Positions 10,508 to 21,004 of a stretch of 64,000 nt of DNA are shown one piece after another. A program made the position numbers and the translations under genes. Position 1 is the first letter of the stretch, and each line of letters starts with the position of its first letter. The notes below the pieces were generated by a model, which saw only the letters and a program-made list of their open reading frames with translations, ran no database searches and was not told where the DNA came from. This stretch comes from an uncultured Candidatus Binatia bacterium (lineage in GTDB: Bacteria; Desulfobacterota; Binatia; Bin18), in NCBI GenBank assembly GCA_965214605.1, contig OZ243961.1:1760001-1824000 (forward strand). Reading direction: 5' to 3'.

Positions 10508-11665
10508 TCAGATCCCGTACACTTGAGCAACATTCTGCCCAATGATTTTTTGACGGGTGGACTTCGCCATGGGCTCCACGAGTTCTTTGAGTTCGTCCAT
10601 ATAATTGCCTGGATGATCAAAATGCGGGAAATCCGAGGCCCAGAAAAATTTGTCCCCTCCCACAAAGTCAACCACGTTGCCAAACGCTTTCTCATCGGGA
10701 TCACCCGAGATCCAGCACTGGCGGTAAAAATAATAGCTGGGCCTCTCTTTGAGCCGCACCGATTCGCCTAAAGGACTCTCGTACACCGCATCCATCCGGT
10801 TGAGCAAATAGCCTGCCCAGCCGGCACCGGACTCTAAGACGACGATTTTGACGCGTGGAAAACGCTCAAACAGACCGTACTGAAACATCGCGGTAAACGC
10901 CTGGAGCGGTCCTTGAGCGCCGTGCACATTGTGGTGCCACAGCGCCCACTTCTGCATGTCCCGGAAGCGCTGATGGACCCGTTTAGACGGTGGTTCGCCG
11001 CTGGGATGAATACCAACCGGAATGTCCAATTCCTGTACCTTGGCCCAAAACGGATCGTAGTCCGGATGGGCATGGGATTTATTGGTCGGGGTAAAGGGGA
11101 CAAAAAATACCCCTTTGGCTCCGTTTCTGACCGCCCGGTCGACCTCCCGGGCTGCTTCTTGGGGATCGCCCATCGAGATATGGGCAATCGGGATCAAGCG
11201 GCCGTTTGAGTCTTTGCAAAAGTCTCCGACCCAGCGGTTATAGGCGCGGGCATAGGCCGCTTGCAGCTCAAGGTCGTCAAGATTTTCAGCCTCCCACAAC
11301 AGCCCTAGGCTGGGATAGATAATTGCCTTCTCTAAACCTTCCTGATCCATACGTTCGAGTCGCTCGGTCGGAGACATCGAGCCAAACGGGGCCTGGCCAA
11401 CGTAGGTCTTATCCGGATGCGGCTCAAGATCTTCGCCCCTTTTCCCCATTGCCCCAGAACTCGCCAGTCCGCCCGGACGAACATATTTAGCCGGGGCTCC
11501 CCCAACTTCGACGACCTCCAGGCCGTCTTGATTCGGCCTGATACGAAGAGCCCGGTCGCGGAACTGGGGATCAATATATTTTTCCCACGTATCCGGCGGC
11601 TCCAGAATATGGCCATCTGCATCGATCGCACCAGGATAGGGAAATTTCTCGTTTTGAATAGACAT
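10508..11665 (-). CDS. Amidohydrolase 2 family protein (paralog A)
   Basis: IDADGH, YPSLGL, RAYNRW, GIHP, ESGAGW, WASDFPHFD. Confidence 0.93.
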   Translation of the reverse strand: MSIQNEKFPYPGAIDADGHILEPPDTWEKYIDPQFRDRALRIRPNQDGLEVVEVGGAPAKYVRPGGLASSGAMGKRGEDLEPHPDKTYVGQAPFGSMSPTERLERMDQEGLEKAIIYPSLGLLWEAENLDDLELQAAYARAYNRWVGDFCKDSNGRLIPIAHISMGDPQEAAREVDRAVRNGAKGVFFVPFTPTNKSHAHPDYDPFWAKVQELDIPVGIHPSGEPPSKRVHQRFRDMQKWALWHHNVHGAQGPLQAFTAMFQYGLFERFPRVKIVVLESGAGWAGYLLNRMDAVYESPLGESVRLKERPSYYFYRQCWISGDPDEKAFGNVVDFVGGDKFFWASDFPHFDHPGNYMDELKELVEPMAKSTRQKIIGQNVAQVYGI

Positions 11666-11690
11666 GACGGCCGCCTCCTTCCTTCAGGTC

Positions 11691-11719
11691 TTTCTAACCT
11701 ACCTACCTGCGTTCGACAA
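11691..11719 (-). promoter_or_regulatory. Putative sigma70 promoter of amidohydrolase A
   Basis: TTGTCG-17nt-TAGAAA; the same geometry recurs at 16138-16166. Confidence 0.5.
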
Positions 11720-11798
11720 CACTCGGCCTCTTGCACGCCGCCCGCTTTGTCTCCATTGTTGGACGGGTAGCAATGTTTCAAGCTGGCAGATCAGCGCA

Positions 11799-14402
11799 GT
11801 GACAAAACCACAGCTCCAAGCCACGGACCACAGCCCCAAAACGGACATGATGGCCCAATACCGCCAGGTCAAAGCTCAACACCAAGAGGCGTTGGTCTTT
11901 TTTCGGTCTGGGGATTTTTATGAGATGTTCTACGAGGATGCGGCCATTGCCGCCCGCGAACTCGACATTACTCTCACCTCGCGGCCCCAGAGCAAAACTA
12001 CCGAACGGGTGCCCATGTGCGGGGTCCCCCATTATCGGCTCGACACCTATCTCGGCCGCCTGGTCGAAAAAGGCTTTAAAGTTGCCATCTGTGAACAGCT
12101 GGAAGGACCGCAGAGGGGGCGAGGCCTGATTCGGCGCGAGGTCGTCCGCGTCGTCACGCCGGGCACGCTGTTTGAGACCAGCGGTACGGAGCGTAGCCTC
12201 GCGGCTCTTTTTTCCGACCCCGCAGACCGGGTCGGCGCAGCCTTTCTGGTCCTGGCCACGGGCGAGTTTGTGCTAGCCGAGACAAACCGGACCGAGTTGC
12301 CCAGCCTGCTGGCAAAATTTCCAGCCCAGGAAATACTGCTGCGGGCAGCCGAACTCGGCAACTCCAGCTGGCCGCCTCAGGCGTATATCACCGAGCGGCC
12401 AGAAACGGATTTTCGCCTGTCCACAGCCCGCAAAGTCCTGACCCGGAGCTTTGGTCGGACACGTATCACACCGCTGGCCGCCTCGCACCCGAACGCCCTG
12501 ACTGCGGCAGGCGCTCTGCTGGCCTATGTGACCGAAACCCAACAAGACTTTCTTCCCCACCTCAAAGCCCCCCAGGTCTACCACAGCGAGGCTTTCGTCT
12601 TTCTTGATCCTCAGACCCAGCGTAACCTTGAACTGATCGAAAACCTGCTGGAAGGCGGGCCGCAGGGGTCGTTGTTATCGGTTCTTGATGTCTCGAAAAC
12701 CCGTATGGGTCATCGCCGTCTTCGCCACTGTCTGCTGCACCCGCTCCGCTCGGTCGACGCCATCCGCCAGCGTCAGGAAGCGGTCGCCGCGCTAGTTGCT
12801 CAGCGGCGGACATGCACGGACATACAGGCCGACCTGGTAAAAATTCTTGATCTCGAACGCCTGACCTCGCGCACCACCTCTGCGGTCGCTACACCGCGCG
12901 ACCTCGCCACCTTAGCGACCTCACTGGCTCCGCTGGCCAATACTCGCGCCTTATTGTCCGGACTGCCCACCGAGATGCTGACTGAGCTGCACCAGACGCT
13001 TGATCCTTTGGAGGATATCCAGTCCGAAATCCGACGTATCTTGGTCGACGACCCCAAATCCGTGGCCAAAGAGGGGGGTCTGATTCGGGACGGGGTGAAC
13101 GCCGATCTCGACGAACTGCGGGCCATCCAGCTCGACGGCAACGGCTGGCTGGCCCGCTATGAGCAGCAAGAACGCAAACGCACGGCTATTCCCACCCTGA
13201 AAGTCGGCTTCAGCCGGGTGTTCGGCTACTATCTGGAAGTGACAAAATCGTATCTCAATCTGGTCCCCAAAACCTATACCCGGAGGCAAACTCTGGTCAA
13301 CGCCGAGCGGTTCATCACTCCCGTCCTCCACCGTTTTGAGGACAAGATGGTGTCAGCCGCCGATCGAAGCAAAGAGCTCGAGTATGAGCTGTTCAGTGCG
13401 CTGCGCCGCCACGTCGCTGCCCAGGCCGACCGCCTTCGCCAGACCGCCCACACGCTCGGCCTGCTTGATGTGGTGTGTGCGTTTGCCGAAGTCGCAAGCA
13501 CAAAGGGCTGGGTCCAACCACAGATTAGCAAAGACTACGCCCTGTCTATTACTCAAGGCCGCCACCCGGTGCTTGAAACCCAGACCGAAACGTTTGTTCC
13601 CAACGATCTGAGCCTCGATAAGAACACCCACCTGTTGGTTCTGACCGGTCCAAATGCAGCCGGCAAAAGCACCTATGTTCGGCAGACGGCGCTGCTAGTC
13701 GTGCTGGCTCAAATCGGTAGCTTCGTGCCGGCCGAGACGGCCACGATCGGTGTTGTTGATCGGATCTTTACCCGGGTCGGAGCAACCGATTTTCTGGCTC
13801 AGGGGTTGTCAACTTTTATGGTCGAGATGACAGAAACAGCCAACATCCTGCGCCAGGCAACGGACAAGAGTTTGGTCGTTCTTGACGAAGTCGGACGCGG
13901 CACCGGCACCTCGGACGGACAGGCCATTGCCCAAGCTGTGGCCGAAAGCCTGGCTCAGGAGATCAGGGCCAAAACGCTGTTCACCACCCACTATCATGAG
14001 CTGGCCCGTTTGGCAGACACTATTCCGGGGATCGCCAACGCCCGCCTCGACGTCCGGGAAGAACGGGACGAAGTGGCGTTTCTGTATACGGTCGTGCCCG
14101 GAGCAGCCCAGAAGAGCTACGGGGTGTACGTGGCCCAGCTGGCCGGCCTGCCGCTACACGTCGTGCAGCGGGCCAAGGATCTGCTGCTGAGCTGGCAGGT
14201 CGGTCGGAAAGAAGGTCCTGCGCTCCACGGTTCGGAGCAGTCTGACTTGGATACGATCAGGACGAATGGTCGCTTGGAAGCCCACGACCTCCGGCCTGTC
14301 TTGGCCCGACTAGCCAATGTGGACCCGCTGCACACCACGCCGATGGAGGCCTTACGGGTGTTGGCAGAGTTGAAGAAGTTGGCGGAGAGAGAAGTTGAGT
14401 AA
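11799..14402 (+). CDS. mutS: DNA mismatch repair protein MutS
   Basis: MMAQY, GDFYEMF, VTPGT, TGPNAAGKST, STFMVEM, DEVGRGT, THYHEL, SYGV; GTG start inferred. Confidence 0.97.
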   Translation: MTKPQLQATDHSPKTDMMAQYRQVKAQHQEALVFFRSGDFYEMFYEDAAIAARELDITLTSRPQSKTTERVPMCGVPHYRLDTYLGRLVEKGFKVAICEQLEGPQRGRGLIRREVVRVVTPGTLFETSGTERSLAALFSDPADRVGAAFLVLATGEFVLAETNRTELPSLLAKFPAQEILLRAAELGNSSWPPQAYITERPETDFRLSTARKVLTRSFGRTRITPLAASHPNALTAAGALLAYVTETQQDFLPHLKAPQVYHSEAFVFLDPQTQRNLELIENLLEGGPQGSLLSVLDVSKTRMGHRRLRHCLLHPLRSVDAIRQRQEAVAALVAQRRTCTDIQADLVKILDLERLTSRTTSAVATPRDLATLATSLAPLANTRALLSGLPTEMLTELHQTLDPLEDIQSEIRRILVDDPKSVAKEGGLIRDGVNADLDELRAIQLDGNGWLARYEQQERKRTAIPTLKVGFSRVFGYYLEVTKSYLNLVPKTYTRRQTLVNAERFITPVLHRFEDKMVSAADRSKELEYELFSALRRHVAAQADRLRQTAHTLGLLDVVCAFAEVASTKGWVQPQISKDYALSITQGRHPVLETQTETFVPNDLSLDKNTHLLVLTGPNAAGKSTYVRQTALLVVLAQIGSFVPAETATIGVVDRIFTRVGATDFLAQGLSTFMVEMTETANILRQATDKSLVVLDEVGRGTGTSDGQAIAQAVAESLAQEIRAKTLFTTHYHELARLADTIPGIANARLDVREERDEVAFLYTVVPGAAQKSYGVYVAQLAGLPLHVVQRAKDLLLSWQVGRKEGPALHGSEQSDLDTIRTNGRLEAHDLRPVLARLANVDPLHTTPMEALRVLAELKKLAEREVE

Positions 14403-14871
14403 TGTTATGAAGGTGACAGAGCGTTTCCGTCCGGAGGCCAGCCACCTCTGTCTCCCTACTTTTGGCGGAAGAGCAGGCAGGGTGAGGGCGGGTTGGCACT
14501 GATCTCTCCTAGCGGCGGGGATTATGGAGCCACACGTCTGCACCGATCTGGGAAGTTGTGGTGAGAGCGGGTGAAGTGCCGCACCCAAGCCTCTGCCAGC
14601 AGACAGAGGCCGTCAATAGAGAGGCTTACCTCATAAGATTTACTAAACCCGGCCTCTCTCTCGACAAGCTGAAGCGGTCCTTGCGCTTGTCTGGAGCCTA
14701 AGTCTTCTCCCGAGATCCGGGGACATGCTGAGCCTCCTCGTCTTCTCCTGCGACGCAGCCCACAGGCCGGAGGGAAGCCTCAGCACAAAGATACGTCACC
14801 CCCGGTCCCCCTAGGTCGGCAGGGTGTGGTGACGCCAGGAGCTGCCGACGTTCCGGTCGCATCGCAGCAGA

Positions 14872-14896
14872 GGTTCCCATGACAAGCATGGGAACC
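14872..14896. terminator. Perfect hairpin just downstream of amidohydrolase B
   Basis: GGTTCCCATG-ACAAG-CATGGGAACC. Confidence 0.55.
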
Positions 14897-14922
14897 AGTA
14901 TGGTAAAGATCAGAAAGGCAGC

Positions 14923-16089
14923 TCAGGACAGGCCGTACACCTGGGCAACGTTATCACCAATGACCTTGCGGCGGGTCTCGGCGCCCATCGGCTCGACCAA
15001 CTCCAACAGCTCGTCCATGTAGTTGTCGGGATGGTCAAAGTGGGGAAAATCTGAGGCCCAGAAAAATTTGTCGTTGCCGACAAAATCCACCACATTGCCA
15101 AACGCCTTCTCATCAGGGTCGCCCGAAATCCAGCACTGGCGATGAAAATAGTAGCTGGGCTTTTCTTTGAGCGGCACGGATTCACCCAGCGGGCTGTCAT
15201 ACACCGCATCCATCCGGTTGAGCAAATAGCCCGCCCAGCCTGCGCCGGACTCCAGCACGATGATCTTCACCTGCGGGAAGCGGTCAAACAAACCGTACTG
15301 AAACAACGCGGTAAAGGCTTGCAGCGGCCCCTGACCACCGTGCACGTTGAAATGCCACACCGCCCACTTTTGCATGTCGTGAAAGCGCTGGTGGACCCGT
15401 TTGGCTGGTGGCTCGCCGCTGGGATGGATGCCGACCGGCACATCAAGCTCTTGGGCTTTGGCCCAGAAGGGATCATAGTCCGGGTTGGCGTGGGATTTGT
15501 TGGTGGGCGTAAACGGTACGACAAAAGCGCCCCGACAGCCGTCTTTGACCGCTCGTTCCAGCTCGCGACTGGCTTCCTGGGGATCGCCAAAGGAAATATG
15601 GGCGATGGGAATCAAACGCCCGGATGAATCGCGACAGAAATCCGCGACCCAGCGGTTGTAGGCTCTGGCATAGGCGGCTTGGAGTTCCAGATCTTCTAAA
15701 TCTTCGGTCTCCCAAATAAGGCCCAGGCTGGGATACACAATCGCTTTGTCCAACCCCTCGGAATCCATGCGTTGCAGGCGTTGTTGAGGATCCATCGAGC
15801 CGAAGGGGGCCATATTGACGTAGGTCCGATCGGGATGCGGTTCAACTTCTTCCGGCTTTCTACCCATCCCGCCAAACGCGGCTAGCTGGCCGGGTTTCAT
15901 ATATTTGGCCGGGCGACCGGCGATTTCAAGGACTTCTAGTCCGTCTGGGCCAACCGTAATCCGCATGGCCTGCTCTTGATATTTGGGGTCAATATACTTC
16001 TCCCAGGCATCGGGCGTCTCAAGGATATGCCCATCGGCGTCAATCGCGCCCGGATAGGGAAACGTTTTATTGTTTGTGATGGACGACAT
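14923..16089 (-). CDS. Amidohydrolase 2 family protein (paralog B, close copy of 10508-11665)
   Basis: Long identical stretches with paralog A, e.g. ESGAGWAGYLLNRMDAVY and CWISGDPDEKAFGNVVDFVG. Confidence 0.93.
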   Translation of the reverse strand: MSSITNNKTFPYPGAIDADGHILETPDAWEKYIDPKYQEQAMRITVGPDGLEVLEIAGRPAKYMKPGQLAAFGGMGRKPEEVEPHPDRTYVNMAPFGSMDPQQRLQRMDSEGLDKAIVYPSLGLIWETEDLEDLELQAAYARAYNRWVADFCRDSSGRLIPIAHISFGDPQEASRELERAVKDGCRGAFVVPFTPTNKSHANPDYDPFWAKAQELDVPVGIHPSGEPPAKRVHQRFHDMQKWAVWHFNVHGGQGPLQAFTALFQYGLFDRFPQVKIIVLESGAGWAGYLLNRMDAVYDSPLGESVPLKEKPSYYFHRQCWISGDPDEKAFGNVVDFVGNDKFFWASDFPHFDHPDNYMDELLELVEPMGAETRRKVIGDNVAQVYGLS

Positions 16090-16137
16090 AGCTCTCCCTC
16101 CTTAACTGGCGAATCAATTTTTTAAACTACAGAGTAT

Positions 16138-16166
16138 GTTCTAGCGTACTTGGAGCCCTTCGACAA
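16138..16166 (-). promoter_or_regulatory. Putative sigma70 promoter of amidohydrolase B
   Basis: TTGTCG-17nt-TAGAAC. Confidence 0.5.
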
Positions 16167-16240
16167 GGGTTCCTTAGCAGCGTGATTGCAACAACACAGA
16201 GACATTGTGGGCGACTTCTGCTAGGCTGTCCCTGCTATTT

Positions 16241-17830
16241 ATGAAGATTTGCATCCTTTCCCCGGACGTTCAGCAACAGATCGCCGCTGGCGAAGTCATT
16301 GAGCGACCAGCCAGTGTCGTCAAAGAACTTATCGAGAACGCGCTAGATGCCGCAGCCAACACGGTTCGGGTCGAGGTCCAAGAGGGTGGGCGGCGGTTGA
16401 TCAAAGTCACAGACGACGGGCCTGGCATAGCCGCCGCAGATGTCAGACTGGCGTGTGAACGTTTTGCGACGAGTAAGATTGCCAGTGCCACAGATATCGC
16501 TCAGATTCGAACCTTCGGCTTTCGGGGGGAAGCCCTGCCCAGCATTGCCTCGGTTTCTCGACTCCGTCTGCTGACCCGCGAAAAAACGGCTCGGCTTGGA
16601 ATCGAACAGCGCATCGAAGGCGGCCGCCTGCTCTCTCACCGCGAAGCCGGAGCGCCAGCCGGGACCAGCGTCGAGGTGTGGGATGTGTTTTACAACACGC
16701 CGGCCCGACGCCGGTTCATGCGCAGCTTACGGACCGAGTACGGTCATATTTTAGACACGTTTACCCGCTTTGCGCTAGCGTTTCCCGACAAAAGTCTGTC
16801 GCTGTCCTTTGACGGACGTGAGGTCTATGCCTTCGAGCCGAATTCGCTCCAAGAGCGGATGGTGGCCTGTTTTGGCCGCGAGGCGACCGCAGGTCTGGAA
16901 GAGCTGGAAAACACGGGGCTGAGCGGCAGAGTCTGGGGAGCGGTGATTCCCAGCCAAGAGGTCTGGCGACGGCGCTATTATCTGTTTGTCAATCGCCGTC
17001 CGATTCGTAACCGTACGCTCTACCGGGCCGTCCGGGATGCCTATGGCGGCGAGGGCGGCCTGGTGTTTCTTTTTCTCGAGCTGCACCCCTCCCAGCTTGA
17101 TGTCAACATCCACCCGGCCAAGACCGAGGTTCGATTCCGGGATGATAACGCCATCTACGCCCTGGTCCGGTCAGCCCTTGAACACCGCGCGCGTCCAGCC
17201 TGGCTGCAAACGGACGCCGTTGCAGAACACTCAGCAGCCTACGGCGAGACGTCAATCAACGGTTTTTCGCTGGTCGGTCAAATTGAAGACACCTTCCTGC
17301 TCACCATATCTGATGCGCATCTCTACCTTTTAGATCAGCACGCGGCTGCGGAGCGGGTTTTGTACGAACGGCTGCAAAACAGACGGGTACAGCCCAAACG
17401 CTTAATTGCGCCCCAGGTGGTGAACCTGTCGATTGACGAGCAGGCCCTTGTGGATGAGAACGCCGAGGCATTTGCGGACTGTTGTTTTTCTCTAGACGCC
17501 TTTGGCCGCCGGGTCTTAGCCGTGCGGGAAGTGCCGGATTTTCTCGAGCCCCAATCCTCAGGACTGATTTTTTCGCGATTGCTGAGCCGCCTGCGCAGTA
17601 AAAAAGAGGATATCAAGCAGGCGCTGTCCTGCTTAGCGGCGCTCAAAGCCGGACAGCCGCTGACACGCGAGGACCAAGAACACCTGCTCACGACCTGGAC
17701 GCAGACCTCAAATCCCCACGCCTGTGCGCATAATCGACCGGTCTATTTTCGGCTTTCGTTGGATGAGGTTCGACGAAAAGTGGGGCGGACGGGACTGAGT
17801 TGCGAGTTTGAGGGGAATGATGAGACCTAG
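16241..17830 (+). CDS. mutL: DNA mismatch repair endonuclease MutL
   Basis: QIAAGEVIERPASVVKELIENALDA, GFRGEALPSI, DVNIHPAK, endonuclease motif DQHAAAERVLYE, CAHNRP. Confidence 0.96.
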   Translation: MKICILSPDVQQQIAAGEVIERPASVVKELIENALDAAANTVRVEVQEGGRRLIKVTDDGPGIAAADVRLACERFATSKIASATDIAQIRTFGFRGEALPSIASVSRLRLLTREKTARLGIEQRIEGGRLLSHREAGAPAGTSVEVWDVFYNTPARRRFMRSLRTEYGHILDTFTRFALAFPDKSLSLSFDGREVYAFEPNSLQERMVACFGREATAGLEELENTGLSGRVWGAVIPSQEVWRRRYYLFVNRRPIRNRTLYRAVRDAYGGEGGLVFLFLELHPSQLDVNIHPAKTEVRFRDDNAIYALVRSALEHRARPAWLQTDAVAEHSAAYGETSINGFSLVGQIEDTFLLTISDAHLYLLDQHAAAERVLYERLQNRRVQPKRLIAPQVVNLSIDEQALVDENAEAFADCCFSLDAFGRRVLAVREVPDFLEPQSSGLIFSRLLSRLRSKKEDIKQALSCLAALKAGQPLTREDQEHLLTTWTQTSNPHACAHNRPVYFRLSLDEVRRKVGRTGLSCEFEGNDET

Positions 17831-17958
17831 GCACACCATCCTGAGCTTTCATGCCAGGCCTAGTCACAGTCCGCCAGTGTGCGTCTTCCTTGCAGCCCAC
17901 GCACCCGAGATGGTACATTCCGGTCGATCGTCACTCACGTGTCATGAGGAGGAGGTTC

Positions 17959-19149
17959 GTGCAAAAGAAATTCCGCTTTATCGATAGCGACGCCCATATT
18001 CTTGAACCAAACGACATGTTCGAGCGCTATCTCGACCCCAAGTTTCATGATCAGTTGCCCAAAGCCTGGTTGTTTTACGACGGAGACCCTTTAGGGTTTC
18101 GTTTTGAACTGTCCATCCCCAACCCTGATGGCGGCACCTACCGCATGCCCTTTGGCCGTGATCCGATTGATCCCAGCGCCATGGGGCCGGCCTCGTTTGA
18201 TCCTGGGGTGCGGGTCAGTCTGCCGGGCCAAGACGAAGCCTACGCCGACTTTGCCAAACAGAATTTCCCCCCAGAAATGTACCCCCTGGCAATGGAACGG
18301 ACAGGGATCGACTACATGGTCGTCTACCCCTCGCTCGGTCTGCTGTCGGTCGCCGTGCCCAAGATGGCGGCCGATACGGCAGCGGCCTATCGCCGGGCAT
18401 ATAACGACTGGCTGTTCGACTTCTGTTCGGCGGCCGGAGGCAAAGTGTTCGGGGCTGGCTCGGTAGACCTGCGCGATGCCGAGGAGGCGGCTCGCGAGGC
18501 ACGTCGGTGCGTCAAAGACCTCGGCTTTAAAGCCATCCATATCAATCCGGTGCCGGTCGGTGAACATCGGCTGTATGACGCATTCTATGAGCCGCTGTGG
18601 AACACGCTCGAAGATCTTGACGTTCCGCTGGCCGTCCATACTGGCACCGGCACAGCGGCCGACGACATGCTCTATCACTATATTCCGCGTCTGCGCTCGG
18701 CGCAGACGACCGTGGCCTTCACGATCGGCAATATGCTGGCCTGTACCTCACTTATCATGGGCGGCGTACTGGAACGGCACCCCACCATGCGGGTGGTCCA
18801 CCTGGAATCCGGTGCGGGCTGGGTACCATTTTGGCTCGACCGGCTAGGGGCGAGCGTGCAGGGCGGCTTCCGCGGTCTCGAGATTCCCGGACTGACCAAG
18901 CATCCGATCGAATACTTCGAGCGCCAGTGTTATATCTCGGCCGACCCGGACGATCCGGGTATCAAACAGACGATTGATCTGCTAGGCGATGACAATATTG
19001 TGACCGCCACCGACTTTGGCCATCCCGAAGGCCGTCAGTATGCCTGGGCGAGGAAAGAGATCATGGCACTTGAGGGCGTGTCGGACGACAGCAAAAAGAA
19101 AATCATGTGGGACAACGCTCTCAAGCTGTATCCGATTCAGCCCGACTAA
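17959..19149 (+). CDS. Amidohydrolase 2 family protein (divergent paralog C)
   Basis: IDSDAH, YPSLGL, RAYNDW, AVH, ESGAGW, TDFGH; GGAGG RBS before GTG. Confidence 0.92.
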   Translation: MQKKFRFIDSDAHILEPNDMFERYLDPKFHDQLPKAWLFYDGDPLGFRFELSIPNPDGGTYRMPFGRDPIDPSAMGPASFDPGVRVSLPGQDEAYADFAKQNFPPEMYPLAMERTGIDYMVVYPSLGLLSVAVPKMAADTAAAYRRAYNDWLFDFCSAAGGKVFGAGSVDLRDAEEAAREARRCVKDLGFKAIHINPVPVGEHRLYDAFYEPLWNTLEDLDVPLAVHTGTGTAADDMLYHYIPRLRSAQTTVAFTIGNMLACTSLIMGGVLERHPTMRVVHLESGAGWVPFWLDRLGASVQGGFRGLEIPGLTKHPIEYFERQCYISADPDDPGIKQTIDLLGDDNIVTATDFGHPEGRQYAWARKEIMALEGVSDDSKKKIMWDNALKLYPIQPD

Positions 19150-19162
19150 ATGGAGGGGCAAC

Positions 19163-19552
19163 ATGAAGATCACCCGTTTTTACGCTACGGATGACGGTGG
19201 TTCGCGATTCATGGACATAGACGTTCCGATTGATATCCCGCAGGAGGACGCGGACGGCCATACTCTGATGCTGTCCAACGCCTACGCCTCACCGTCTGTG
19301 CGCTTTGTCGAACTGCCGGCCGGCCTGTCCCAAACCTGGCATAACGCGCCTCAGCGGCAGATCGTCATTGTGCTGTCAGGCACGCTCGAAGTCGGCACGA
19401 CTGATCAGCAGACCCGTCAGTGGAAGGCCGGTGAGGCTTTTCTGGCTGATGACGTGACCGGCAAGGGACATACTACGCGGACTGTTGGCGGGCCGGCCAG
19501 CGTTTTCTTTGCTCCTCTCCCGGACGGTTTTGATTTGGACGGCTGGTCCTAG
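19163..19552 (+). CDS. Cupin-domain protein
   Basis: WHNAPQRQ.VIVLSG.LEV, AD..GKGH. Confidence 0.85.
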   Translation: MKITRFYATDDGGSRFMDIDVPIDIPQEDADGHTLMLSNAYASPSVRFVELPAGLSQTWHNAPQRQIVIVLSGTLEVGTTDQQTRQWKAGEAFLADDVTGKGHTTRTVGGPASVFFAPLPDGFDLDGWS

Positions 19553-19654
19553 CGTGTCGGAATTTCTTCCAAATGGGATCAACTGTACTGAGTCGGCGTC
19601 CCGCGCCGGCTCCTCCTTCAACGCTCTCAAGCGGCAGGCTCAGGTAAAGCGGCC

Positions 19655-21004
19655 ATGACCGAAGTCTCAGCCAGCTATCGCTGGCTTCGTCGTTGGCAGT
19701 ACGCCCTGAACCTGTTCCTTATCCTGGTCGTCCTGGGAATGGGTATCTTTTTCTACCGCCGGGCACTGCTTTTCACCGTTTTTGTTCCAATTGGCTTTGT
19801 TCCGTTTTCGTATGCTCGGCTCCGGCTGCATCGGGCAACTGAGCGGCTGCTCCAGGGTGCGTCGCCGGGCCGGCCGATGTCCCTGCTCCATGTGGGCTTT
19901 GGTCTGGTGTGCGATATCATTCTGGCCGTCCAGTTTCTGACCGCCCGTTGGAGCGACGACCTGCCAGTGCTCCACGCGCCCGGGGTGTCTTGGGTCGGAG
20001 CGATTTGGTACAGCGCCTATATCCTGCTGTTTTTCGGCTATATGGGCCTGGACGTATGGATGTTTGGCCTGCGCTCTCTGAAGCGTCTGTTTCGCGCCGT
20101 CGAGCCCGTTCCCGACAGCCTGTTTTCACCCGACCGCCGTCGGTTTCTTCACCAAGCAGGTCTGCTGGGAGCCGCCACACCCTTCGCGTTCTCCGCGTCA
20201 GGGATGAAAACCTCGTACGACTTTCAGGTCGAAGAGCGGGAACTTGTTCTGCCCCACTGGCCGCCGGAATTGGACGGCCTACGCGTTGCGCATCTCTCCG
20301 ACATCCATGTCGGCGGGTACATGAATCGCCGCCGTTTGCTGCATATGGCCGCGCTGACCAATAGCGCCAAAGCCGATGTGGTGCTCCATACCGGCGATTT
20401 TTTGACCCACCGGACCGGTGACTTTGATACGCCCTTATACGAAGCCCTGGCTCAGATTCAGACTCCCTATGGACAGTGGGCCTGCCTGGGTAACCACGAT
20501 TTTGATAACCCGACCCGCCTCGTCTCCCTGCTCCAACAGGCTGGGGTAACCACTTTACGCAATGAGCAGGTCAACCTAGCAATCGACGGACACCGCCTGG
20601 AAGTCGTGGGCCTAGATTACTTCCTAGGCATTTCTAGGAGCCCCACTGAGCGGTATGCAAAAATTCTACCCGCCAGGCAGCCTCGGACTCCCCGCATCCT
20701 GCTTAACCACGACCCGCGCGGGTTTGGCCTCCTGCCGGACAACTGCGCGGATTTGGTGCTGTCCGGTCATACCCACGGCGGACATGTCGGCATTCAGCTC
20801 GGTCAGGACACGCTTGTGTCCGTGGTCGGGCTGATCGGCATCCCGGATCAAGGAATTTTTCAGCGGGGAGATATGCGCATGTTTGTCACCCGCTGCGTCG
20901 GTTTTTACGGCTATCCGATGCGTCTGGGGATTGCGCCCGAGATCGCCCTGCTGACGCTTCGCTCACCACAGCCGCCTCGTGCAGCCAAAGAAAGCTCGGC
21001 ATGA
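19655..21004 (+). CDS. Membrane-anchored metallophosphoesterase (YkuE-like)
   Basis: N-terminal TM helices; DIH, GD, GNHD, H, GHTHGG motifs. Confidence 0.92.
   Translation: MTEVSASYRWLRRWQYALNLFLILVVLGMGIFFYRRALLFTVFVPIGFVPFSYARLRLHRATERLLQGASPGRPMSLLHVGFGLVCDIILAVQFLTARWSDDLPVLHAPGVSWVGAIWYSAYILLFFGYMGLDVWMFGLRSLKRLFRAVEPVPDSLFSPDRRRFLHQAGLLGAATPFAFSASGMKTSYDFQVEERELVLPHWPPELDGLRVAHLSDIHVGGYMNRRRLLHMAALTNSAKADVVLHTGDFLTHRTGDFDTPLYEALAQIQTPYGQWACLGNHDFDNPTRLVSLLQQAGVTTLRNEQVNLAIDGHRLEVVGLDYFLGISRSPTERYAKILPARQPRTPRILLNHDPRGFGLLPDNCADLVLSGHTHGGHVGIQLGQDTLVSVVGLIGIPDQGIFQRGDMRMFVTRCVGFYGYPMRLGIAPEIALLTLRSPQPPRAAKESSA

Noticed and set aside
14545-14600. GGGAA..GGTGAGA resembling a cobalamin riboswitch
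   Set aside because: It lacks the AATCC and GCCCCCGC..CTGT core and lies between gene 3' ends.
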